A stretch of 42,960 nt of DNA from Jimgerdemannia flammicorona (GCA_003990765.1 RBNJ01000082.1:1-42960), one strand, 5' to 3'. Positions 21,976 to 35,300 are shown, numbered from the stretch's first letter. Made by a program: numbers and translations. The notes: a model not told the origin generated them from the letters alone.

Positions 21976-24533
21976 AGGCCTGATTATGTAACTGTTCAGC
22001 CTTCTTGAGAAGATCTCTGAGGTTCTCATGGTCAGCAGTTCTTGTTTTCTTGGCAAACATCATTTCAAATGGCTTTTATTTGGTTGAGGCAGCAGGGGTG
22101 TTCTGAATTTCCCATAGGATCTCAGATAAGCAGAGGTCCCAATTGGTAGAATTGACTTAGGTAAGTCATTTCTTGATGATCTGGTTCATCCTTTCTGTCA
22201 TGCCATTGGTCTGGAGATAGTATGATGTGGTCTATTTTGAGATGTATCTTGTGAATTCAAGTATAACTTGTAATTATATTGTTGATGAATTCTGTGCCTC
22301 AGTCAGAGATGAGTTCTTCTGGAGGTCCATATCTGAGTGTGAGTCTATGGAGAAGGCCTACAATGGTTAAGGCATCTGTGATTTCCATTAGGAAAGTCTC
22401 AGACCACTTAGTCAGATGTTTCACAAATATAAGGATATATTTGTTTCTTCTTGATATAACTGGTAGAGGTCTAATTATATCTATTCCCTATCTCTGAAAG
22501 ATATTATCTGGTAGTGTGATTGGTTGTAGTGGTACTTGATAGTTCTTCCTTCCTTGGTACTTCTGGCAGATGTTACATTTCTTGAGTATGTCTTGGACTT
22601 GTGTTCTAAGGTTGGGCCAATATTGGTATGTTGTTTGCAGCTTTTCTTCTACATTCACCTGTCCTTGGTGGGCTTTCTGATGTTCTTTTTGGATGAGATC
22701 TTTTTGTACCTTGATGGTCTGAGGAGCTTTATTTAGGGTATAGTTTATTGGGGTTGGCAGAAAAGTACATCAACATTGTTGTGGGCTTTCCCTACTTTGT
22801 AGATGATAGTGATTTTGTAATCCTGAAGAATAAGGATCTATCAGGCTAGAATTTCTTGTAGTTGAATAACCATTTGAGGGCTACATGGTCTGTGATCAGG
22901 GTGAATCTTTTCCCGATAAGGTAATGCTTGAACAAAGTGACTGCCTATATGACTGCAAGATATTCCAGTTTAGTGCTACTATAGTTCATCTGCTGCTGAT
23001 TGATAGCTCTGCTTGTATAAGCTATTATATGGTGCTGTTGATCAGGTCCTTCTTGGGCTAGAACTGCTCCTAGGCCATCTTTGGAAGCATCTATATACAA
23101 GATGAATGGCTTCTGTAGATTGGGGCATACAAGGATTGGTGCTGTAGTCATGCAGTTCTTGAGTTTTTTAAAGGCTTTTTCTTGTGATTCTGTCTATTTG
23201 AATGGTACTTCTTTCTTGAGAAGGATTCAGATTGGGGCAGTGATTTGGACAAAATCTTTGATAAACCTTCTGTAGTAGGATACTAGTATCAGGAATGATA
23301 GTGTTTCCTTTGGGGTCTTGAGTACTGGCCACTTGTTGATCTTCTTGGTTTTCTTTGGATCTGCATGAGTTCCTTCTTTTGAAACCATGAATTCCAGGAA
23401 TTCAAGTTTCTGTTTTCCAAAATAGCATTTCTTTGCATTCAATCTCAAGTGATTCTTATGGGTGAGCTTGAAGAATTCCTCTAGGTAGTGCAGATGTTCT
23501 TCAAAATTTGCTAAATAGATGTTGGAATCATCCATATATATAATTAGGCAGTGGTGGATCAGAGAAGCATAGACTGAATTCATCATCCTCTAGAAGGTGG
23601 GAGGTGTATTGTAAAGTCCAAATGGCATTTAGAGGTATTCAAACAGTTTTCCTAGGGCAAGAAAGGCTGTCTTTTGAATTTCTTTGGGGTCCATGGGGAT
23701 CTCATGGAATCCTGTGAAGAGGTCCATACTGCTGAAGTATCTGGCTTCTTGTAACTGGTCCAAAAGGTCATCGATTCTGAGCAAAGGATAAGCATTCTTC
23801 TTAGTGACTGAATTGAGTTTTCTGTAATCCACATAAAGTCTCCATTCTCCTTTCTTTGGTACAATAAGTATAGGGCTAGCCCAAGGGCTGGTAGAGGGTT
23901 GGATGACTCCATTGTCTAAGAGTTCTTAGATGTGCTCCTTTTTGAATGTTTTCAAGTGATGGGGTATTCTATAGGGTTTCTGCCAGATGGGTGTTGCATT
24001 TTCTGTATTTATGCTATAGTGATATGATGGATTGTATGGAAGATTGCCATAATCAGTGGTAAAGATGTCTTGATATTTATTAAGAAGTTCTACTAGTTGT
24101 TGTTGTTGTTGAGGTGTTAATTCTTCTCCAATATTGGTGGAAGGCTTCACTGTCTCCTGGGTCACAAAGGGACCTTTCCTTTCTTCTGAGACCTTTTGCT
24201 ATTTCCCAATAGATTTAGTTCATAAACTTTCCTATGAGTTTGGTTGAGAAAAGGCACCAGATGTCCTATGATGATTCCTTTCAGCAAGATGATGGTCTCC
24301 CAACTTTGGTTGATTGCTTGGGAGTGTACTGGGTTTATCTTGTCAGGGAATGTGTGTCCCTCTATGTCCAGATGGGGAATATCTTCCTTGGGTTCAAAGA
24401 AAAGGTTTCTGGGGTTGGGTGGTACAAAGATTTCGAAGGTTGTTTGTTCTCTGGACTCCAGGATAAGATTCTTGAATAGTCTGACTGATTGCCAGTACAC
24501 TTGCTGGGGAATATTTCTCTTAAGATGGTTGAC

Positions 24534-24960
24534 TTAAAGGAGGTATACTTTCTTCCTATCTGAACTTCCAAATCCCTTGGCTTGTCTTATTCCTTCAGTT
24601 AGTTCAGAGACTTCTTGTAACTGTGGGGTCTTGACTTTCATGAAGACTGCTTGAGCAATCTTCTGTCCTCTAATAATTCGGTGCCATTCTGTACTGCTGT
24701 TGTATAAGATGACCTTGATTTTGCCTGTATATCCTGGGTCAATAGTTCCTCCTTCCATAGTTATTCCTTGTCTGGCAAGTCTGGACCTTGAGGTTAGTTG
24801 GATGTAAGCTCCTTGGAGTGGCTGTATGGCTAATCTGGTTCTGATTATAAAGGTTTTTCCAGGCTTGATAGATTCGTCCTTCGGGCTGTGAAGATCATAT
24901 CCTACATCCTCTGGGTGGACTTTGGTCAGGGGTTTGGGCTTGGGGTGGAGCAGGGTATAC
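24534..24960 (-). pseudogene. C dUTPase domain
   Basis: DVGYDLHS, LTSRSRLA, EGGTIDPGYTGKI, GQKIAQ and RQAKGFGSS. Confidence 0.9.
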
Positions 24961-27900
24961 TGGGTGATATCCTTGCTGAGTTCAGGCCTTCCTAAGGCTG
25001 TGGATCCACTAGCGGAGAGCCTCTAAGCTCTAAGGTTGAGGTATGGCCATCTGGCTCTAGTAGAGGGATCTCAGAGATAGTTAATTCTCTTTCTTCCTGT
25101 AGGGTCAAGGGCTTCTATGAAGTTGGTGGCATCTTTTGCCCATCCTTGGCAGATTGTATGTCTGATGAGAGCTAGGTTGTCTTTATATAAATTATAGATC
25201 TTGAGGGTCCTTCTTTCTGACTTTTTGGTCTGGCTTTTTCGGATCTGGCTTTTTTGGATCTGACTTCAGTTATCTCCTTTCTTCAAGGTGTGGACTGCAA
25301 TATCATAACTGAGATGGATCTTCTGATGTCTGCAGTCTTAGCAGTCTAGGTGTCTTCTATGGTTGCAATATCCCATTGCTCAGAAATGATATTCTTGGTT
25401 ATTGATTTCTTGTTGTCTTGGGAAACAGTACCCATCTTGGTCATAGGTGGGTGGAAGAGTAGACAAGGGATATATTTCTGTCCAGGTGAAGAAGCCTTAT
25501 CCTCTGAATCAGCTTTGCAACTTAGTAGTAATTTCTTGGAAGGTAGTTGACTGTACAAGTATGTTTGGGGGTTCTAGTCTCTGGGGTCTCTGTCTTTTCT
25601 GTTGATCTAGTAAGTGGCACTGATAGCAGTAGTCTCAGGGGGAGTGGAAGATCATTTGGTGTGGACATCTTCCTAGCTGAAAAGTCTTTTCTTAGTGAGT
25701 TTCTTTCTTGGGGATAATGGTGATTGTACTGGGTCCTTCTTCTATATTCCAAGAGTCATTGTCTTCAGGTAGTATCCAATGAGGATTATCCCAGAGAATG
25801 AGTTCAGAGACTTCTTCTTCTTCAGGTGCTTCTTGTTCAGAGACTTCTTGATCAGAAGTTTCTTCTTCCTTGGATGATTCTTGATCCCAAATTGCTTGTA
25901 CTTCTGTAACTTCAGTTGCAGGTATTTCTGGAACATGTCTGCATTTCTTCTTCTTCCTTCTGCACTCTGGGCAGACTGTGCCAGGTGATTTCCTTGTTTC
26001 TATGATTTCGGAGGAGTGCTCAGGACACTTGTATCTCTTAAGGCAGACAGGGCATCCTTTGGCTTCTCCTGCAATGGCTCCAATGGTGATGGGGATAGTG
26101 TTCTTAGCCCACACATTGTCTTCTGGTCTGTCATCCACCAGGTTAATTTGGGGATTGAGTCTGGGATCATTTCCATCTTTGGATTCTTCCTCTTCTTCTG
26201 TGGTAGATTCTTCACTACTGGTATATTCTTCCTGAATAGTGACCTTCTTCTTCTTCTTTGATTGCTCATAACTGGTCATCTTAACTCTATATTTCTTGTC
26301 TTGGTAATCAAACTTAAGTACTTGTTGGCCAATATCAACAACTGCATTTATTTCCTTCATCCAGTTAGTACCAAGAATTATGTCATAGGTGACAGCTTTA
26401 GTGACAACAGCTTTGGGGATAGAGAACTGAATGTGTTCAAGAGAGATGGTGATATTTCATACTTCTCCAAGGGGTTGAGTTTGGGCTCCATCTGCTACTA
26501 TGATACTGAGATTGGATGGTCCATCAATGGGTCATTGAAGGGTATCCAGGAACCATTTAGCAATAACACAGATAGCTACTCCTGTGTCTATAAGGATCTT
26601 CACCTTTTGTCCTCCAATATCTCTATATAGATAGATACTGACATATCTTTCAGCTGCCTGAACAGAGATGGAAACTGGTTCTTGCTGTGGGATCAGGACT
26701 TGGCCAGTACTAGACCTGGTGGTTCTCAGCAATTTGTTTCAGACTCCAGCTGGTGTCAATTGCAGGAACTACAAGAGGGGAACTTCTATCTTGGCCTCTT
26801 GGATCTTCTGCCAGGCTTCATTGTAGATATCTCTAGGCATGGTCTTTGGGGTATACTTTTTCTTGGGCTTTGGGGCAATAGGTTCCTGTTCTTCTTGTTC
26901 CATTTCTTCATCTTCTGGTGGTAACTCATTTGTTTTAGGAACAAAATATGAAGGGGTTTGGGGAGGTGTTTCTACCTGTTCCTCTTCATGTTCTTCATCT
27001 TCTTCTTGGATGATTCTTCTGCTGATATTCCTGGATGGCCTTCCCACAGATCTCTTCCTTTTCTCTGCTGGGTAAATTGTTTTTTGAGAGGTGACCTTGG
27101 TAGGATATAAGTCTAGATCACTATAGTCTTCACTATTGCTTGCTTTCTCGAAATCTTCCACAAGATGGACTTCAGTCTTCTTGTACTGAGTGTCATTCCT
27201 TCAGTTTGGTGGTTCTGGGTCCCTTTGGTCACTTCTTTTATTATCACATTCAGTGGCATAGTGTCTGAATTGTCCACAGTAGAAGCATTGGACTTGGGCT
27301 CTGTCTTGGACAGGATATCTTCTCTCTTCTTGCTGATAACTCCTGTTATCTCTGGGTGGATAACCTTGGCTCCTCTGTGGTGGGTATCCTCTATTGTCTT
27401 GGTAGCTCTGATTTTCACGTATAGTGAGTTTTTCAATCTGTTCAACCAATCGATCCAACTTGGAGCTGAGGTCTTGGATTTCACTTCTGTCCTTCTTTCT
27501 TCAGATCTTTCTTGTCCTTGAAGGAGTCCTTGTAGGGCTTTGACCAGGATGTCTTCTTTCTCTTCTTTCCTATCATGATTGCTCCAGGTAATTCCTTGTC
27601 TGACATCAAAGAATCCTTGGGCTGCATCTACTTGCTCTTTGAACCTTCTGATGCCTAGAGTGCAGACATACTGGGCAATGTTTGGGGGAATTCCATTCAT
27701 GAAGGTCATTGGACCAATGATGTTCTGATTGGTGGCATTGAAACCAGCAGTATGCATTTTCTTCTGGATTCTTGTGAAGAAGGCTCTGGGTGATTCTCTA
27801 AGATTCATTTTCATCCCTATAATGGATTCTTGGGCCTTGTGGCAGGTTTTGTTTCCTGCATACTTTTTGATGAGCCAGTGGACCATGGTCTCATATTCTA

Positions 27901-29728
27901 GCTCATAAGACATTGCTGCTCATATCTGTCTTGCTAGTTCTGAATCTGAGTTGTTTGCTGTTCAGTGGAAAATTCCTCTGACTGGTTCTCTGAGCTGAGT
28001 CTTATAGATGGTGATTTTTCTTTCATCTGAGAGATTCCTCAAGGCTGTAATTCCTTCAATTTCATCAAGAAATTCTCTGGAATCTTCCTCCAGGTATCTT
28101 GCAAAGGTTGGCAATGAGGTGATCATTTCATTATCACTTTCTTCTGATTCTGGTTTGGGTTTGGATTCTGATTCTAATTCACTTTCTGAACTGTCACTGA
28201 GGTGGAGGTGCTTGGATATCCTGAGGATGGTGTTCTGGGCCTTGGATGAAATGGAATGAGTCTAGGTATTCTTGTAGAAGCTACTTCAAATTCTGCAAGA
28301 GGTTGTGGTAAAGGTTCTATTGGTGAAATTAGTGGAGCTGATGTGGGGCATCTGGCTGTAAGGTCTCAGGTTCATGTAATAAGATCTTCTAGTTCTTGTG
28401 CAAGTTCTTTGAAATCTCTAGCAGGGCTGCCTGTATTATCTGGTTGATCTGGTTGGAGATTTCAGACTATACTGCCTTCTGGTTGAGAACCTTCTAATAC
28501 TGGGTAGTTGGCAAGTCTTGAGGTGATTACTTCTCTTCTTATCCAGATACTGGTGATAACTGGTTCTCCTGTAGTAGCGGAGGTTGGTATTGTATCAAAT
28601 ATATCCAGTTTGACTGTGGGTTTTTATGAGCTGAAAAGTTATATTGATTTTGAAATCTTCTCAGTTGAGCCCCCAAATGTAACATGCCTGGCTCAATGGA
28701 GGCAAATTACAAGGTTGGGGGTTGATATAGTTTGACTTGAACCCCCAGTTACTTTGTCAAAAAGCAATAAAATGTTCTAAGATTCCTGAGGTCCTTGGTG
28801 TTTAGTGGTATAATAGTTAAGGCTGGATATCTGTGAGTGATTCTGGCGATTTCCTTATTGGGATGGTTCTCTAGGTATAGCAGCAATATATGTGAATGGG
28901 TTTTCTTCTTAGGTCAACTGGGAATGGCAGAATTTGTATATAGTGTGAGTGGTTTCCTTTCTGGGTGACAGCAGTCTTCAAAAGTATATAATTTCTGTGT
29001 AGCAATCTCTTGTATAGTGTGATAATCTTAGATATGATGATCTGGGGTTGACTGGGAATTAGTAGAATTTCATGTGTAGTATGATAATCTCTGTATAGCA
29101 TGATGATCTCCAAAAGTATATGACTCCTTTCTCTGCTACCTTACTGGTCACAAGGTTTGGTAGGCAATCTTCTGAGTCTTCTTTTCCCTATTATTACCCC
29201 CTCTACCTCAGGTTGATTTGCTGTACCTGCATGGGCATAGTGGGAGGAGAGCAATAGTGATGAGTTACCCCTTTATCAGTGTCAGATCAGTGTCTTCTTC
29301 ACTTTTTCGCAATTTCTGGTATCTTCAGCTATGTCTGGAGTGCATCTGTTTTGGTGTGGTACCTTCTTTCTTTTGCCATCACTAACAAGGTACTGTCTTG
29401 GTATATCTCAGGCTATATAGAGAGTCGGCTGACCTTGGGCATCAAGTGCTCAGTATAGGTTACCTACAGGTCCTCGGTATCTGTGGTGGGGCCCTCTGGC
29501 TTTGGTGAGCTTCCCATCGAGCATGGTTCTAGTGTAGGTGACTGTTTTTCAGATGTTGTCAGGATGGGAAGGGAGATGGCCATCACAGATAGAAGAATGG
29601 GTGATTATGGTGAACCAGTAGGGTGCCAGACTGGGGGCAGTCATTGGGGCTAGAGCAGACAATATTTCAGTATGGCCTTTTGATTGGCTGGTGGGGGGTG
29701 GAGTGGTACAGGGGCCAGCATCCTGGTT

Positions 29729-29885
29729 GTACCCAACTGGAACTGGGAGCTGACACAGCAATGCGATCGAGGCCCACAGACTTGGGGAGTGGGGCCTTCC
29801 TCATTTGGTAGTACCCGACTGGAACCAGAAGCTGACACAGTAATGTGATTAAGACCCACAGACTTGGAGAGTGAGAGTGGGGTCT
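29729..29885. repeat. ~82-bp direct repeat x2 within the C LTR
   Basis: gtacccaactggaac...gctgacacagcaatg...cccacagacttgg occurs twice. Confidence 0.85.
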
Positions 29886-30305
29886 CTTCAGGCCCTAGCC
29901 CATGTATAAGTCCTTTGAGGAAGGTGCTGCATGTAAGTCCTTTACTCACTCACTTTGAATCTACTTTGCTCTCTGTTGGTTGATTGGGGGGTTTTTTCTT
30001 TGCCTCAGGCTTTCTTTTGGAGTTTGGGGGACTATTCTTTATTTGGTCCCAGCACTGCTAGATCCGATGCATAGGTGTGCTCTTGTATGTAAACAATGAT
30101 CCAGCTCTGGTGAGTAGACAAATCTAGTCTATGTTGTGGGGATCAACATAACCAGTGTTCGACAGATATAACTGGAGTAGTGGGACTGCTGGACAATTTA
30201 GTAGCCTAGATTAATGGGGGAATATTGTTTGGTGGGTAGTGGGAGAGGGTTTTGGCCTATATAGTCTAGGTTCTCTTCCAATAAAAATCTGCGGAACTAT
30301 GAGTC

Positions 30306-30309
<4 letters not shown>

Positions 30310-30377
<68 letters not shown>
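30310..30377 (+). repeat. Poly(A) tract, 68 nt, inside the C LTR
   Basis: Homopolymer. Confidence 0.95.
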
Positions 30378-30380
<3 letters not shown>

Positions 30381-31069
30381 CCAAAAGTATGTGATTTCTG
30401 GTAGATAACTCGATTTGACTCACTGGGAATAAAGGATGGCATAGGTTCTTCTGTATCAGGAATAATACTGGCAGCAGATAACTCGATAACTTGGGCTTGC
30501 TGGGAACAACAAATAACTTAGAAATGGTAAATACTGTGGGTTTTTCTGAATTGACAGACTTCTTGAAAATGGTGGTTTCAACTGGGAATTAACTTGGATG
30601 GCACGAGTTCTTCTAAATTGAGTTCTTCTGGGAATATGATGGCATGGATTCTTCCTGAATCAGTAGCTTCAACTAGGAATATGGCAGATAACTCAAAAGA
30701 CAGTGAAGTTCTTTACTTGAACTTAGTAACAAACTCAGATTCTTCAGGCTTATCTGGTAAGTGAATCAAAAACAGACTTGTTCTTTGTATCAGAAAGTGG
30801 ACCAGAGTGGAAGAGAAGAGAACCAAGCTCACAACTTCTTAGCAGTGGCTCATTGGCAGATGTATCTCCTAAGTATTGCAATCCTTCCTAGATCAAGTGA
30901 CTTTTGGCAGATGTTTCTTCTAAGTGTACCAGACAATTGACTTTTGCTTTAATTTGTATTCAACTTTCGGACTGAGGTTTATTCACTCTTATCTCTGGAG
31001 TAATTTATACAAGTTGGTTGCTATCTGGTTGCTATGTGGATAACTATAGATTTACTACTTATAGCAAGT

Positions 31070-31132
31070 TGTGCAGGTCCTATACAGGTGTGCAGGTCCT
31101 GTACAGGTGTGTAGGTCCTGTATAGATATGTA
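31070..31132. repeat. 19-bp tandem repeat (GTGCAGGTCCTGTACAGGT) x3
   Basis: gtgcaggtcctatacaggt gtgcaggtcctgtacaggt gtgtaggtcctgtatagat. Confidence 0.85.
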
Positions 31133-31303
31133 TACCTTATCTGGTAGTTTGGCTATTTCTACAGTTTCCACAACAATAGTTGCTAGTTACTATGCTGTAT
31201 GTTCATGTCATCTGGCTAAGGTATAATTTGGGTAGTATGTCTTAGTTTGTCACACTATATAACTACTACTACTGAAGATAGCTCTAATTTTACAAAAGGC
31301 AGA

Positions 31304-32330
31304 TGTGATGACACCTTTGAAACCAGTGACATCAGTATTCAGAAGACTGTCTTGACTTTACAAGTCACTAGTTGCAAACTGTGACTTATTCTGATCATAA
31401 GATGATCTGTATCTGAACTCATAATGACTTATGATAACTCTAGTAGTATACTATTACTAGTTAGGTGACCCTATCCTCTGGACTAAAAGAGAAGACCTTC
31501 AAGATATAAAAGAAGTATCAAGAGAAAAAGTACAAAGTATTAACTATAAATAGAAGACTTACTATAAAATAAAATACCTGTTATCTGTCAAATAGCTAGA
31601 TCAAGAAGCCACCTAGGTCCATTGGTTTAAGAACAGATGTTCACTAATATCAAGAGAGCAATAAGACTACATATAAGAAAGATCTCTAGTTTGAACCTCT
31701 ATATAAGAGACCTCTATCACTACACTCTCAACTGTTAAGAAATAGAGATAAAAATCACTACTACTACTAAGTATCTTTAGATATAATAAGAATATGAGCT
31801 AGGATATTACCTCTACCAAGAGTTCACATAAGCCAGCTCTCAAGAAATTGTAAATACTACAGATATAGATAGACATGAACAAAAACTGACCAAAAGAGTC
31901 CACCAGATCTTTAGATATATACTCTAGACCATTCCTAATCTAGAATATATCAAAGTCTCTAATATTCAAGAATTAACAGACTGCCATATAGACTATCTTG
32001 AGGAAATGATTATAGAAGAAACCCAATATACTATCATAGTCAAGAGTAATGAGGCTCAAGACCTTTGGAACTCTATTCTAAAAGATAATCCAGACCAATT
32101 TATTTATAGTCTGATTGCACTATTTCAAGGCCCTCTCTTGAGAGTCTGCTATCTCTAGAATTCTATAGATATTCCCTACTTTATAGATAACCTCACCATT
32201 GACTGGAGATCTCAAGAGTAGAATGATCTTATACTCTTTGATGATATCAAAGATACTCTATATTATAAGATTGGCTTCTTACTCCCTACTGAAGAGGAGT
32301 AACTAAAATTTACTCAACTCTAGTAGTAAC
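31304..32330 (+). mobile_element. Family D LTR remnant (probably a 3' LTR)
   Basis: TGTGATGACACC start, preceded by purine-rich AAAAGGCAGA. Collinear with ~7427-8370. Confidence 0.8.
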
Positions 32331-32364
32331 TCTAATATATTAATAGTTTAGTTGATAATAGTAG

Positions 32365-35300
32365 TACTCTTAAACAAATTGAATCAATTTAAATCAAATC
32401 AAATTGGGAATTTTTTAATTTAAATAAAGTTTAAATTGAATTAAATTTGAATTAAATTAAGGGTCTAATTTGAACTCTATTTTTCAAAATATAATAACTC
32501 AATAAAACATATCTAAATTTAACAATCTTTAGCTTTTTAAATTTCTCTTATATAGAGGAATCTAATAAGCTAAAGATTATTAAATTTGAATATATTTCTA
32601 TTAAGTTATTATTGTCATGTAATGGTCACTGAGTCCTTCAAATATACCAGATTCTCTTTAAGGTATACATATCTCTTAGACTAACTCAAGTTTGTTATAA
32701 GCAAGTTCTTATTGGAGTGCCTTCCCAAGGTCTTATAATCCTCAAACTTCTTATCTTTAAACTGTCTTGTTATCTCTTAGATTGCTTGCAAGGAAGTGTG
32801 TATAAGTGAAACCAGAACTGACTTTATTTCAGAGGAAATAAGAGAGATATTTATACCAAATATAATTCAATAGTTGCTAAGATATAAAGTTAAATATAAA
32901 TTCCAATAACTAAAACTACTAAGTTCTAGGGTTGGTACTGATAGTTGTACAGGTTCAGGATGCTGGTATAATTCAGTGTTACATCAAAATACCAGTGCTA
33001 GCATTATTCAGTATAATAAAGAACTTAGAGCAGAAAGTTCAGAATTATGGGAGCTTCATCCTTGTTATCACTGAAGGAGATAAGATCTGCAAATTCATCA
33101 TTATCATCATACAGGTCATATGTCTTGCATATGTTGCACATTTCATATGCTTCGATGTTGTGTGGGATGACATCATTGCTGATGATGTCATTATATTTGG
33201 CAGCAGCAAGAACAAGGAGATCTGGAGCTCTCTAGTCTATGAGGTTCTCTTCCACAAAATAAGGGACAAATATGGGTCTTGGGGAGGTCTAACCTGAATG
33301 CTTGGGCCTTGGAATACTGAGATCAATCCTTACAGGAATTGGTCTGGGTTGTCTTGGAGAATGGGGTACCAGAAGTCTTCTACTTTATCACTATTGAGGG
33401 TGATAGTGGACTGGGCTTCTGTAGCCACCCTAGCTTCTAGTGTATTGATATGGCAGAATGACAGGTCTCTGAAATCTGAGACTCTAACATACTCCAAGTT
33501 GGGAATTAACTATGGTATATGCCTGAAGATCTGATGGATCTTCTTAGCTGTCCTTGTTTCATATATATCCATAGGAATAACATCTTGTAGCTCTTGAGTG
33601 CTGGCCTGTGGGAACTTCTGACAGAGAAGGTTTCCTATTTCATACTCCTGCCACATTTGGAGGCATTCGGTGGCAATGGTAATCCTTGTTTCCATTTCAC
33701 AGCAGTAGAGGATATAATGATAAGAGTCACCAGTACCCAGGTTGACACTAGGAGTCCTTCTTGAGCAGGCCCTCATAGCTCTTCTGATGTTTTGGAACAT
33801 TCTTTCTTCAACTGAGGTGTCTTGGTGGTTCCTTGACCTTGAGGTTTAGTGGGCAGCAGGCATTTCATTTGTAGTAAGTCTTTGAGCTATTTTGAGATTG
33901 GTGGGTCTTGTTGGTTACTGCTATTGTGGTTTCTTAATCCTTCTTTTATATTCCTCAAGATACTCATACTGTGGTCACAATGACTCACAGTTGATCATCA
34001 TTGCTCATCTCATATGCTGTATGATCTCCTTATGCTCTGATCTGGTAGCTTGTAAGGAAAGGCTGTCTCCTGTACTGATGTTATCATTCTGAGGTCACCA
34101 TTACATCTTCCTCCTGAATAAGGATCTTCTTGAGCATCCTTATTCATTGGTTTAGTCCTGAAAAATTTGCTGATCCCATAACCTCTGGCAAGGGATCAAA
34201 AAGTAGTGTTTATGGGCTGGCATTTTCTCTTTGTATTTTGGCATGATGGTGAAGAGTCACTTCCTTCATATAGAGCAAGGGCCTGATTCTGATCTTGACC
34301 AATCAGTTGACAGTTCGAACTCCTCTGACTTTGAAAGTCTCATGAATGAGTAGTTGCTAATGCTGTATCCCTTAGAGAATGGTCTAGACAGATAGCTTGC
34401 TGGTTATGGGATATGATATTACAATTCATGGACTAGAACCTCACAGGCAGTCATCATGTTTTGCTTCTCTTGTATAGGTTTGTGGTACTTCTTGAGTCTG
34501 TTCCTATGTACTGTAGTAGGCAGTATAGTCTCTGAGATTTTTCTAAGCCAGAAGGTAATTCCCTTGATATCTTGCACATAGAAGGGTTCTTCTCATTTGA
34601 GCTCCAGTTTTCATGACTATGAGGCTTCTACTATATTTTGATACAGTAGAATCTTTTCTCTGATTCAGATGGGTTCTAGAGCCTTGTGATTCTTTTCTGC
34701 ATTCTTCCTTGTCAGCACTTGTGACTTGGTGATATAATCTTCAGCCTTCTTTCTGATTTAGTGTAGTCTCCAGATTTCTGCATCAACCTATCTCCAAGTT
34801 AGGTCTAGATTTGTGGCTGAGGTTCCATCAGAATCTTCTTCTCCAAAGAGCAGCTCTCTTGGGGTAAAGTGTGTGCTCTGTGACTATATGTCTCATAGGA
34901 TAGAGAGAGCAGTTGGGAGATAGTTATCCCAATTCTCATATGTCTCTGAGATCTTCACTAGGATGTTCTTGAGCATCTTTTTGGTTCTTTCTATCTGTCC
35001 ATTTTTTTGAGGGTGGTACATAGTAGTCTTGATATACTGGATCTTGTATTTCTGATATATTATCTTGTAGAATCCATTGACAAATTCCATACCATAGTCT
35101 GTTGTGATTTGCTTTAGTGTCTTATAGTGGCAGATGATTTCTTGATGCAGGAAGTTAGCTATAGAGAAGGTATTGGCTTCTTGTAATGCTCCTGCCTCTA
35201 TTCATTTGGTAAAGAGGTCTATAATAACTATAATATAGTGGTTTCCTGATAGTATTACTGGTAGTAGCCCAATGATATCCATTGCAATGTAGTGGAAGGG

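Larger units (their letters stand above)
21976..31254 (-). mobile_element. Ty3/Gypsy element C (long 5' LTR-gag-PR-Cys-rich spacer-dUTPase-RT-RH-IN), 3'-truncated
   Basis: PBS TGGGGGCTC of tRNA-Pro type next to TGTTACA at 28678. CFYCGQFRHYATEC knuckle, ILIDTGV, GGTIDPGYTG..KGFGSSD, YMDD, IDASKDGLGAVL, HHCC and the integrase core. No 3' LTR. Confidence 0.88.
28678..31254 (-). repeat. Probable C 5' LTR (~2.6 kb)
   Basis: The minus strand reads TGTGACA (31254) ... TGTTACA (28678), then the PBS. No second LTR is present to confirm the distal end. Confidence 0.62.

Noticed and set aside
30211-30423. Poly-Phe ORF
   Set aside because: Artefact of the homopolymer.
34355-34380. Resemblance of CTCTAAGGGATACAGCAT to the LSU rRNA motif AGGGATAACAG, and of GTTCGAAC to a tRNA gene
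   Set aside because: The similarity does not extend, and I could build no cloverleaf or rRNA context.
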